Shown here: positions 42,207 to 51,373 of the stretch, piece after piece
How the letters are laid out: each line of letters starts with the position of its first letter
Numbering within the stretch: position 1 is the first letter of the stretch
NCBI GenBank assembly: GCA_963818475.1
Contig: CAWFSF010000006.1
Span: 128,001 to 192,000, forward strand
Length of the DNA: 64,000 nucleotides
Source of the DNA: Nitrospirota bacterium
GTDB lineage: Bacteria; Nitrospirota; UBA9217
Direction of reading: 5' to 3'
The notes under the pieces: model-generated
What the model was told of the DNA's origin: nothing
The model's input: the letters and a program-made list of their open reading frames with translations, nothing else
Database searches by the model: none
Translations under genes and position numbers: made by a program

Positions 42207-42419
42207 GGTTCATTCGTATTGAAGTTGAAAAGTTCATAAAACCGAAATCAAAGATCAAGAACTTCTTCGGAGGAGAAAGGGGGAATTGGGAAAAAAGGGG
42301 TAACCGCCTTATTCATAAGGTCTAATCCCCATTTCACCATCCTTCTCCATTTCTCCTAAAAGGTTCTCCTTCGGGTTTCTGAAGCTAAATCTGTTTTTCA
42401 ACTAGCATACGAAAGGGCC
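42207..42419. mobile_element. ~213-bp MITE, copy 2
   Basis: Perfect 8-bp TSD aaacatta (42199-42206 / 42420-42427); GG...CC termini. Confidence 0.85.
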
Positions 42420-42466
42420 AAACATTATGCCGCGAAGGGCTTGTCCGGGTTAGGTAATCCTGCATC

Positions 42467-43099
42467 ATGAAATACAAAATCGATCTGCACGTTCATTCAA
42501 AATACAGCACTGACAACGATGCTGAACCGGAGGAAACGATCCTGAGGGCCATCGAACTCGGCCTGCAGGGCATCGCTTTTACCGAGCATTATTATTACGG
42601 CGCATCTGAGCCGATCGAGCCGCTGCGCGAAAAGTACGGGGACCGCATCATGATCTTCCGCGGGGTCGAGTTCTCGGCACAGGAAGGGCATTGTCTGGTC
42701 TTCGGCGTTGATACGGACGACCTGTCGCTCAAATATGCTCCGCTCAGGGATATTATCAGCGTGGTCACGCGAAAGGGCGGCGTCGTGATCCCGTCCCATC
42801 CCTACCGGTCGGTGAACGGTATCGGCGATCTCGTGCGGAGCGCGGACGGGATCTGCGCTCTGGAAGGTTATAATGGCTGCAATATGCACGGCTTCAATGT
42901 CCGGGCGATCGAAGCCGCAAAAGCGCTGGGAATCCCCTTTACCGGGGGTTCTGATGCCCATTCTCCGCAGGAGGTCGGCGCCTGCTTTACGGAGTTTGAC
43001 GATGCGGTGACCGCCGAGAACTTTATCGGCCTGCTGAAGGCAGGGAAGTACCGGGGTATCGATACCCGGAAAATATCAAAGTTGACCATGAAATTCTAG
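42467..43099 (+). CDS. PHP domain metal-dependent phosphoesterase
   Basis: DLHVHS, AFTEH, GVE, SHPYR, GGSDAH. Confidence 0.9.
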   Translation: MKYKIDLHVHSKYSTDNDAEPEETILRAIELGLQGIAFTEHYYYGASEPIEPLREKYGDRIMIFRGVEFSAQEGHCLVFGVDTDDLSLKYAPLRDIISVVTRKGGVVIPSHPYRSVNGIGDLVRSADGICALEGYNGCNMHGFNVRAIEAAKALGIPFTGGSDAHSPQEVGACFTEFDDAVTAENFIGLLKAGKYRGIDTRKISKLTMKF

Positions 43100-43145
43100 C
43101 GTCCTCGTAAAAGCAGCGAGTTGTCCTGCCGGCGTTCGTCCATCG

Positions 43146-44348
43146 TCATGCGGCGCCCAGTTTCTTCGCATTCCTCTTCATCTCCGCTGCGGATGACTGC
43201 GGCGCTTTCAGCCAGCTGTTCAGCAGATACCAGGGAGTCCGAACAGCGACCCATTTCCAGAAACGCCGGTATTCGAGCCTGCCTGTTGAAATGTCCATGT
43301 ATTTTTCGAGCGCCCGGGGATTGTCAAAGAATACACGGACGAAGAGCTTTGGATAGCGATCGAGCAGTCTCGCCATCCAGAGGGCGACGCGCAGGTTTTT
43401 CCGGATGAGCTGTTCACACTGCCGCTCATACCACCTGAATGCCCTGGCGTGCCTCCACCCATTCAGCAGGACGCGGCAAAGGGATTCAGCTGCGAGTTTG
43501 CCCGAGAGGATGGCATAGGCGATCCCCTCGCCGTGAAAAGGGTCGACAAAACCGGCAGCGTCGCCGACGAGCAGGACCCTGCGCGAAGTAATCTTTCTTT
43601 TTATCCCTCCCAGGGGGATCAGGTGGCCGCGAACCGCGGCAACGGGCATGCCGATGTCGCGGCAAAATCCGGACAGGGCTGCATACGCATGGGAAAAACG
43701 TGATGCTACGCCCATGATTCCTACGGAATGGTATGCGCGGCGGGGGAAGACCCAGGCGTAACCCTGAGGGGCAGCGCCGAAATGCATGTCGACGAATCCC
43801 TTGCGCTGGGGGTCGATTGAGGATGCGTTCACCGCAGCGTGGGTGACGAGTGCAATGGCCGTCTCCACTGTGCTGAGAGGCGGCCGCACAGACTGCGCTA
43901 TGACGCTGTGCACACCATCTGCTCCGACGAGAAAAAGGGTCTCATGGACTCCCTTATTTGTATGGAGCACGATGGATTCATTCCCAACATGCACACGGAC
44001 GGCCTCTTCGCCAGGCAGGAACCGCGCACCCGCTTCGACCGCCTTATTCAGCAACAGTTCATCGAACTGCTCCCGGTCCACCAGGAGCGCCAGCCGTTGT
44101 TCCTTCCGGACAATCACCGAATGAAGACCACAAAATATTCTTGCGCCGAAGCATTCATCTTCGGCAAAGGCGGCCGGGAGCGGGAAATCGAGATAGGAAA
44201 GCGCTCTGCCGGAGACGGCCCCGCCGCACGTTTTCTGCCGCGGGAACCGGCTTTTATCAACGAGTGCGGTCTTCAGGCCTGCCAATGCGCAGAGCCGCGC
44301 GGCCGTGGAGCCTGCCGGGCCGGCGCCGACGATGAGCACATCGTACAT
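43146..44348 (-). CDS. Geranylgeranyl reductase family FAD oxidoreductase
   Basis: VGAGPAG, PRQKTCGG, GADG, GYAWVFP, GDAAGFVDPFHGEGI. Confidence 0.88.
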   Translation of the reverse strand: MYDVLIVGAGPAGSTAARLCALAGLKTALVDKSRFPRQKTCGGAVSGRALSYLDFPLPAAFAEDECFGARIFCGLHSVIVRKEQRLALLVDREQFDELLLNKAVEAGARFLPGEEAVRVHVGNESIVLHTNKGVHETLFLVGADGVHSVIAQSVRPPLSTVETAIALVTHAAVNASSIDPQRKGFVDMHFGAAPQGYAWVFPRRAYHSVGIMGVASRFSHAYAALSGFCRDIGMPVAAVRGHLIPLGGIKRKITSRRVLLVGDAAGFVDPFHGEGIAYAILSGKLAAESLCRVLLNGWRHARAFRWYERQCEQLIRKNLRVALWMARLLDRYPKLFVRVFFDNPRALEKYMDISTGRLEYRRFWKWVAVRTPWYLLNSWLKAPQSSAAEMKRNAKKLGAA

Positions 44349-44520
44349 GAGTCCCTCCGGGTCCGTAGGGCAGAACGGAGCAATCGTCAGCAGATGCGGC
44401 GCGGAGACGCTCCAAGCTGCACGTATGGCCGTTCTTGTTTCCAAGTATAGCACGCAGGTGGATCAACATGAGAAACGCGGGTCAGGAGTGCGAGGGATCC
44501 GGCAGGGGAGGCTGAGGGTC

Positions 44521-45513
44521 TTATCCGCCGATGTGATAGGCGGTCAATGCTTTTTCGAGGCCCCAGGCCATGGCAATGCAGAACGGCAGGGTCAGCAGCC
44601 AGGCCATGACGATCTTGCCGGCAATGCCCCAGCGCACGGCAGAGAGGCGTTTCGTGGCGCCCACGCCGAGGATGGCGGTCGAGACCACGTGCGTGGTGCT
44701 GACCGGCATGCCGAAGTGGCTGGAGACGAGGATGATGGCGGCTGACGAGGTCTCGGCGGCAAATCCGTGAATGGGTTCGAGCTTCAGCATCTTGACGCCC
44801 AGGGTCTTGATGATCTTCCATCCGCCGAAGATCGTGCCGAAGCCCATGGCAAGGGCGCAGGTGAAGACGACCCACATCGGCACGTCGAGCGTTTTGATCT
44901 TGCCGGAGGCGAAGAGCGCCATGGTGATGATGCCCATGGCCTTCTGCGCGTCGTTGGAGCCGTGGCCGAAGGCCATGAAGGACGACGACAGGATCTGGAG
45001 CCGGCCGAAGTACTTGCTGATGATTCTGGGTGAAAGATGGCCGAAGACGTAGAGGATCAGCTTCATGAAGGCGTAGCCGATGACGAACCCGAAGAGAGGC
45101 GAGATCAGGAGCGACGTGAATATCTTCATGATGCCGTCGCTGTTCAGGATGCTCATGCCGCCGTGCGCCGCCGCCGCTCCGATGAGTCCGCCGACGAGGG
45201 CGTGGGACGAACTGACCGGCAGGCCCATGAGGATGGTGATGAGGTTCCAGATGATGGCCGAGAGCAGGGCCGCGATGATGACCTGGTCGGTGATGCCCGC
45301 CGGGTCCACGATGCCCGTGCCGATGGTCTTGGCGACCGCGGTGGTCAGGAAGGCGCCGAGGATGTTCATGAAAGCCGCGATGGCGACCGCTGCTCCCGGC
45401 GACAGGACCTTGGTCGAGACGACCGTGGCTATGGCATTGGCGCAATCGTGCCACCCGTTGGCGATGTCGAACAGCACCGCAAGGATGATGATGAGGATAA
45501 GGATCTCAGGCAT
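44521..45513 (-). CDS. pit: Inorganic phosphate transporter (PiT family)
   Basis: NGWHDCANAIATVVST, PVSSSH, HGSNDAQK, PVSTTH. Confidence 0.92.
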   Translation of the reverse strand: MPEILILIIILAVLFDIANGWHDCANAIATVVSTKVLSPGAAVAIAAFMNILGAFLTTAVAKTIGTGIVDPAGITDQVIIAALLSAIIWNLITILMGLPVSSSHALVGGLIGAAAAHGGMSILNSDGIMKIFTSLLISPLFGFVIGYAFMKLILYVFGHLSPRIISKYFGRLQILSSSFMAFGHGSNDAQKAMGIITMALFASGKIKTLDVPMWVVFTCALAMGFGTIFGGWKIIKTLGVKMLKLEPIHGFAAETSSAAIILVSSHFGMPVSTTHVVSTAILGVGATKRLSAVRWGIAGKIVMAWLLTLPFCIAMAWGLEKALTAYHIGG

Positions 45514-46132
45514 GTTTCAGGACGATTCCTTCGAGGATGTTGGCGATGTCCTCGCAGCGGTCCGAGGCGTCCTCAAGCAGTTCGTAGATGTCCTTCCACT
45601 TGATGATATAGACGGGATCGTGGGGCCCGTTGAGGAGCTTGCCCAGGGCGTCGCGGTACTTGCGGTCGATCCGGTTCTCGAGCCGGTTGATCTCGATGCA
45701 GTGTTCCTGCACATGGGCATAGGATTTGGCGCGCAGTTCCCGGAGCGCCTTTTTCAGGATCTCGGCGGTCATCTGCAGGTCCTCGGCGATGGAGATGGCC
45801 TCGGTGGTCGGTTTGTCGATCCGGTAGACCATCATGCGGTCCGTGGCGGCCCAGAGCAGGTCCAGCACGTCATCGATGCGCGAGGCAAGGGCATGGATGT
45901 CCTCGCGGTCGATGGGGGTCAGGAAGGTCTTGTTCAGCTCCTTCATGATGTCGTGGGTCAGCATGTCGCCGTCCTGCTCGAACTCATAAATGGCCTTCGC
46001 CTTTTTTTCAAAGGTCTCGAAGGTGCTGTAGTTGGTCAGGATGTCGACCAGGACGTTGGCCGAGCGCGAGAGGTTTTCAAGCGCCCGGTCGAAGATCTCG
46101 AAAAAGTCGATAGATTTAGGGAATAATGCCAT
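45506..46132 (-). CDS. DUF47 / Pit accessory protein
   Basis: TFLTPIDREDI, KWKDIYELLE; overlaps the pit start. Confidence 0.9.
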   Translation of the reverse strand: MALFPKSIDFFEIFDRALENLSRSANVLVDILTNYSTFETFEKKAKAIYEFEQDGDMLTHDIMKELNKTFLTPIDREDIHALASRIDDVLDLLWAATDRMMVYRIDKPTTEAISIAEDLQMTAEILKKALRELRAKSYAHVQEHCIEINRLENRIDRKYRDALGKLLNGPHDPVYIIKWKDIYELLEDASDRCEDIANILEGIVLKHA

Positions 46133-46371
46133 AGGTCGGTGTAGGACTCCTTTGGTCAGATAGCGTACAGCAGCGGTTCGGCGGATGATGCAGGCAGAAG
46201 AATAGCATAAACGCTCGTGCCGTGCAACTAGCAAAATGATTATCCTGACATTGTTTTTATTAACGAGCGTGACGCAGTCACCTTCCCCACGGTAACGAGA
46301 GGTCGCGGCATGGGACACGTGGCCGTGCACTAGTGACATGAAGAAGACGGGCAGGGAATGGGGGCGTAGAC

Positions 46372-46402
46372 AAAAACAAACGGCGGTGCCTGGGCACCGC
46401 CG
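46372..46402 (-). terminator. Intrinsic terminator of the small Cys-rich gene
   Basis: cggcggtgcc-tg-ggcaccgccg stem followed by a T-tract on the minus strand. Confidence 0.65.
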
Positions 46403-46435
46403 CGAAGAACGCCGTTGAACAGCAATAAAAGCTAG

Positions 46436-46609
46436 CTAGATCGGCTTTTCTTTAAAGCACTTGTCGCAAAGATACATCATGCCGCGCACCCTGCCGGTCG
46501 AGGTCATCATCTTCGCCGCCTGCATGGGCTTGCCGCAGCACTGGGGCACGTTAAGGTTCACGATGGCTTTCTTCGTGGCTGCCTTAGCTGTTTTGCTCAT
46601 TTCTGCCAT
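46436..46609 (-). CDS. 57-aa zinc-ribbon-like protein (not in ORF track)
   Basis: RBS ggaggt; MAEMSK...QCCGKPM...YLCDKCFKEKPI; terminator follows. Confidence 0.7.
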   Translation of the reverse strand: MAEMSKTAKAATKKAIVNLNVPQCCGKPMQAAKMMTSTGRVRGMMYLCDKCFKEKPI

Positions 46610-46831
46610 GGTACATTACCTCCCTGATAAAATCGCGTAAACCCGTGCATTGTAACCATACCGGAGAAAATGTCAAGAAAAATCTGTCTTTTCCCCGCGT
46701 GCAAACGGATGAAACCAGCCCGATGCGCCGATAAATGGCTTGACAGAAAAAGATGATTGTTCTATAACTACATACGGTCGTCGATATTTCCGTCAATCAG
46801 AACTACTCTCGTCTCCGTACCACCTTTTCTT

Positions 46832-47740
46832 ATGGAAGATCATAAACTAAGAGTGTTCTGCGCCGTTGCAGAAACAAAAAGCTTTTCAAAGGCATCGGAG
46901 CTCATTCATCTCACCCAGCCTGCGGTCAGCCTGCAGGTTCAGGCCATGGAGGAGCTGTATGAAACGCGTTTGTTCGACCGGTCGGGCAATTCCATCAACC
47001 TGACGCCGGCCGGAGAGATCCTGTACAAACGGGCCAAGGAGATCCTGGCCCTCTATGCCGAGGCGCAGAAGAACATCAGCGAGATCACCGGATCGATCAA
47101 AGGCTCCCTGTCCATCGGCGCCAGCTCGACCATCGGCAACTATCTCCTCCCGTCGATCATCTCCGCGTTCAAGAAAAAGCTCCCCCAGGTCAACATCTCG
47201 CTCGTCGTGAGCAATACAAAGATCATCACGGAACGGCTCAATGCAGGGGAGATCGATATCGCGCTGGTCGAGGGGGACGTGAGCAAGCAGCGTTTCACCG
47301 TCGACACCCTGCTGTCCGATGAGCTGGTCGTGATCATGTCGCCGGCGCATCCCTGGGCGGAGCGGCGCAATATCCCGGCCATGGACATCATCAAGGAGCC
47401 GCTCATCCTGCGGGAAGAGGGGTCCGGAACGCGCCAGGTGATCCTGAAATATCTGGAAGAGCACGGGATCAAACGGGACAACCTCAAGGTATCGCTCGTC
47501 CTGGGCAGCACCGAGTCCATCAAGAGCGCCGTGGAAGAGGGGGTCGGTATTTCGATCGTCTCGGCCTGGGCAGCGCGCCAGGCGATAAAGTACGGCGTCC
47601 TGAAAGCCATGACGTTCAAGGACATAAAGTTCAACCGGAACTTCAGCATCATCTCGCCCAAACGCAACTACTGCACGCACACAGCCAAGGAATTCCTGAA
47701 CTTCCTCAAGGTCTATCCCATCAAGCATCCGCTGCCCTAA
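46832..47740 (+). CDS. LysR family regulator (CysL-like)
   Basis: SFSKAS..LTQPAVS HTH; GASSTIGNY; REEGSGTR; GSTESIK. Confidence 0.92.
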   Translation: MEDHKLRVFCAVAETKSFSKASELIHLTQPAVSLQVQAMEELYETRLFDRSGNSINLTPAGEILYKRAKEILALYAEAQKNISEITGSIKGSLSIGASSTIGNYLLPSIISAFKKKLPQVNISLVVSNTKIITERLNAGEIDIALVEGDVSKQRFTVDTLLSDELVVIMSPAHPWAERRNIPAMDIIKEPLILREEGSGTRQVILKYLEEHGIKRDNLKVSLVLGSTESIKSAVEEGVGISIVSAWAARQAIKYGVLKAMTFKDIKFNRNFSIISPKRNYCTHTAKEFLNFLKVYPIKHPLP

Positions 47741-47761
47741 GCCACAGGGCGCGCCAGTTCT
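47718..47761 (+). repeat. 44-bp direct repeat, left island boundary
   Basis: ccatcaagcatccgctgccctaagccacagggcgcgccagttct; 42/44 identical to 58376-58419. Confidence 0.9.
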
Positions 47762-47904
47762 CACACCAGCCTCGTTCATGCCCCAGACCGTTTCTGATTT
47801 TTCTGCGCCTCGTCAGCGTCGGCCTCTTTTCTGGACTTTTATGACCGTTTGTAGTAAAGTTCTTGGTTATTCAAAAGCTTGCGCCAAGCGGTCCATGGAG
47901 GAGC

Positions 47905-48039
47905 ATGTCAGATTTAGAATCCATCCAGAAAAAGATCATCTCGTTCCGAAACGAGCGTGACTGGGCGCAATTCCACGATCCCAAGAACCTCGCCGAAGCC
48001 CTTTCCATTAATTGTCATGAACATACCCAGGAGAAATAA
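47905..48039 (+). pseudogene. Truncated MazG/dCTP pyrophosphatase-like gene
   Basis: RBS ggagga; FRNERDWAQFHDPKNLAEALSI, then similarity ends. Confidence 0.75.
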
Positions 48040-48041
48040 CT

Positions 48042-49496
48042 TTGTTTGAGCAGGCATTCAAAAGCATCGACGACGTACTATGGAAAGATGCGGGCTGCAC
48101 GAGCGAGCTGGACTATACGGAGCAGAGTTCCTGGCTGCTGTTCCTGAAGTACCTTGACGCGTTGGAGCAGGACAAGGCGATGGAGGCGGAGCTGGAAGGG
48201 AAGAAGTACAACTTTATCCTGGAAAAGCAGTACCGCTGGGAGGCGTGGGCCGCGCCCAAGAACAAGGACGGCAAGATCGACCACAACAAGGCGATGACCG
48301 GTGACGATCTGCGTGACTTTGTGAACGGCAAGCTCTTCCCGTATCTGCACAAATTCAAGCAGAAGGCGGACGGACCCAATACCATCGAGTACAAGATCGG
48401 AGAGATCTTCGGGGAGATCAAGAACAAGATCCAGAGCGGCTACAACCTGCGCGAAGTGATCGAGCTCGTGGACGAGCTACGCTTTCGGTCGCAGAAGGAG
48501 AAACACGAGCTATCGCACCTCTACGAAGCGAAGATCAAGAACATGGGGAATGCAGGCCGGAATGGCGGCGAGTATTACACCCCGCGCCCGTTGATCCGCG
48601 CCATAGTCAAGGTGGTGAAGCCGAAGATCGGGGAGAAGATATACGACGGGGCAGTGGGGTCGGCGGGCTTTTTGTGCGAGGCTTTTGATTACCTGATCGC
48701 TAAGTCCGACCTTACCACGAGCAATAAGAAGACGCTGCAGGAAAAGACCTTTTACGGCAAAGAGAAGAAGAGCCTCGCTTATGTGATCGCGATCATGAAC
48801 ATGATCCTGCATGGCATCGAGACGCCGAACATCATTCACACGAACACGCTTGCCGAGAACCTCGCTGATATCCAGGAAAAAGACCGCTACGATGTTGTGC
48901 TGGCAAATCCGCCCTTCGGCGGCAAAGAACGCAAGGAAGTGCAGCAGAACTTCCCCATTAAGACAGGCGAGACGGCGTTTCTCTTCCTGCAGCACTTCAT
49001 CAAGATCCTGAAAGCGGGAGGCCGCGGCGGCGTGGTCATCAAGAACACCTTCCTGTCGAACACTGACAACGCATCAGTCAGCCTGCGCAAACTGCTGCTT
49101 GAAAGCTGCAACCTTCACACGGTCCTGGATCTGCCCGGCGGCACGTTCCAGGGCGCGGGCGTCAAGACTGTGGTCTTGTTCTTTGATAAAGGCGCGCCAA
49201 CGCGCAAGGTTTGGTACTACTCGCTCGACCCCGGCCGCAATATGGGCAAGACCAACCCGCTGAATGACGCTGATCTGGCTGAGTTTGTTAAATTGCAGAA
49301 GACCTTTGCCGACTCGCCAAAGTCCTGGAGCGTAGACGCCAAGAGCATCGACCAGAAGACGTTCGATCTTTCGGTGAAGAACCCGAACGGCAACGAAGAA
49401 GTCAAACATCGAAGCCCGAAAGCGATCATGAAAGAGATTGCGGTGCTGGATGCCGAGAGCGCCAAGGTGCTGGCGAAGATTCGGGGGCTTTTGTGA
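48042..49496 (+). CDS. hsdM: Type I R-M methyltransferase subunit
   Basis: GEYYTPR, YDGAVGSAGFL, ANPPF. Confidence 0.95.
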   Translation: MFEQAFKSIDDVLWKDAGCTSELDYTEQSSWLLFLKYLDALEQDKAMEAELEGKKYNFILEKQYRWEAWAAPKNKDGKIDHNKAMTGDDLRDFVNGKLFPYLHKFKQKADGPNTIEYKIGEIFGEIKNKIQSGYNLREVIELVDELRFRSQKEKHELSHLYEAKIKNMGNAGRNGGEYYTPRPLIRAIVKVVKPKIGEKIYDGAVGSAGFLCEAFDYLIAKSDLTTSNKKTLQEKTFYGKEKKSLAYVIAIMNMILHGIETPNIIHTNTLAENLADIQEKDRYDVVLANPPFGGKERKEVQQNFPIKTGETAFLFLQHFIKILKAGGRGGVVIKNTFLSNTDNASVSLRKLLLESCNLHTVLDLPGGTFQGAGVKTVVLFFDKGAPTRKVWYYSLDPGRNMGKTNPLNDADLAEFVKLQKTFADSPKSWSVDAKSIDQKTFDLSVKNPNGNEEVKHRSPKAIMKEIAVLDAESAKVLAKIRGLL

Positions 49497-50146
49497 AGAA
49501 GAATGGGAGTGATGGGAATAATGTGAGTAAGGGAAAATTGCCTTCACCCGAGGCACATACTTCCCATGATTCCCAGCCTTCGATTATTCCCCCGAGGGGT
49601 GATTATAAGACCCTCTTGTCTTATCAGAAGTCGGAAGTTGTCTATGAACTTACCTATCGTTTTTGCAAACGCTTTCTCAAAATAGGCGACCGCACCGTCG
49701 ATCAGATGGTGCAGGCGGCCCGCTCGGGAAAACAGAATATCATCGAAGGCAGCAAGGCCGCGACAACGTCCAAGGAGATGGAGATCAAGCTGACGAATGT
49801 GGCACGGGCGAGCCAGGAAGAACTGCTGGAGGATTATCGCGATTTTCTGCGCGTGCGCGATATGCCCATCTGGGACAAGGATTGCAAGGAATCGATCTTT
49901 GTCCGCGACCTGAGCAGGACGACTCCCTTGACCTTCGATGTGTTCCGCGAATTCGTGGAAACCCGCCCCGCCGATGTGGTGGCCAACATCGCCATCTGTT
50001 TGATCCACCAGACCAACTACCTGCTGGACCAGCAGATGCGGCGGCTGGAGCAGGATTTTCTGAAAGACGGCGGCTTGCGCGAGCGCATGACCCGCGCGCG
50101 TTTGCAGGCGCGGGAGCAGCAGAGAAGCAGACGGGGGAAGGTATGA
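49493..50146 (+). CDS. Four-helix-bundle protein with suffix domain
   Basis: RTVDQMVQAARSGKQNIIEGS, VARASQEELLEDY, GGLRERM; overlaps both hsdM stop and hsdS start. Confidence 0.85.
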   Translation: MKKNGSDGNNVSKGKLPSPEAHTSHDSQPSIIPPRGDYKTLLSYQKSEVVYELTYRFCKRFLKIGDRTVDQMVQAARSGKQNIIEGSKAATTSKEMEIKLTNVARASQEELLEDYRDFLRVRDMPIWDKDCKESIFVRDLSRTTPLTFDVFREFVETRPADVVANIAICLIHQTNYLLDQQMRRLEQDFLKDGGLRERMTRARLQAREQQRSRRGKV

Positions 50147-51362
50147 AGGCGGGGTGGCAAACAAAGACACTTGCTGAAGTCTGCCAGATTAAACTGCCAA
50201 AGATCTGAAGCACGTGAACGGCTTGCAGGATCGGCAGTTGGTATTCTTTTGGCCGATGGAAGACTTGGGAAGTTGACCAGAAAATTCTGAAACCGAACAC
50301 AGAAAAGGCAATTGTCTGATGTCGCAGGTAGCTATACGTACTTCGCTAATGGACGATGTTCTATTAGCAACGATTACGATCCTGCTTCGAAAATGGGAAG
50401 CTTGGCATTGCAAACAGATATGACGAATCGTATTGATTTTGGGTCGAGTGAATATTTCGTATTCAGACCAGACAAATCACTGTATAACGAATGGCTTTAC
50501 TACTATTTTATCTCGGGAAGATTTCAGAATAGAAGGCGCGCAACGTATGACTGGCGCTGTCGGTCATAAACGTGTTGCGAAGGAATTTATCGAGAGCTAT
50601 CCGATTCCGCTTCCACCGCCCTCCGAACAGCAGCGAATCGTCGGCATCCTCGACGAAGCGTTTGAGCGGCATCGCCACCGCCAAAGCCAACGCCGAAAAG
50701 AACCTCCAAAACGCCCGTGCCATATTTGAAAGCCACCTGCAATCCGTCTTCACTCAGCGCGGCGACGGGATGGCTGGAGAAAAAGCTGGGAGAAGTTTGC
50801 GCTATCACCTGCAAGCTCTGACGTTGATCCTCGCAATGAAGGATTGGTTTAGACTTGGTTCATGTGGGTGCCGGAAACATTGAATGCTACAAAACGGTGT
50901 TTTCGACTGTGAACGTTCAAAACGGCGCGGGAAGAAGGGCTGATTTAGGCAAGTTCCTTTTCGATAAGTCGATGGTTCTCTACAGCAAAATACGACCTTA
51001 TCTCATGAAGGTTGCACGTCCTGATTTTAATGGGTTGTGTAGTGCTGACATGTATCCCCTCGCACCGTTGCCCAAGCAGAAGACTCGTGACTACCTATTT
51101 CATCTTTTGCTCAGTAAGCCATTCACGGATCATGCGATTCAAGGTTCTGCCCGTGCTGGAATGCCAAAGGTACATAGAGAACATCTTTTTGAGTTTCGTG
51201 TGTGACGCCAGATGTGAAGAAGCAGAACGAATTAGTCGTACAAGCTCGACGCACTTCGACGAAGAAACCCAACGCCTCGAATCCATTTACCAGCAGAAGC
51301 TCGCCGCACTCGATGCGCTGAAAAAATCGTTGCTGGATCAGGCCTTCACCGGCCAACTATAG
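50143..51362 (+). pseudogene. hsdS: Type I R-M specificity subunit with many frameshifts (probably sequence errors)
   Basis: Fragments GWQTKTLAEVC, GSSEYFVFRP, PLPPPSEQQRIV, YSKIRPYL, LKKSLLDQAFTGQL spread across frames. Confidence 0.85.
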
Positions 51363-51373
51363 GAAGACTACCT

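Noticed and set aside
49493-51362. Diversity-generating retroelement targeting hsdS
   Set aside because: No reverse transcriptase and no TR/VR pair in the window; the lesions are indels rather than adenine-specific substitutions
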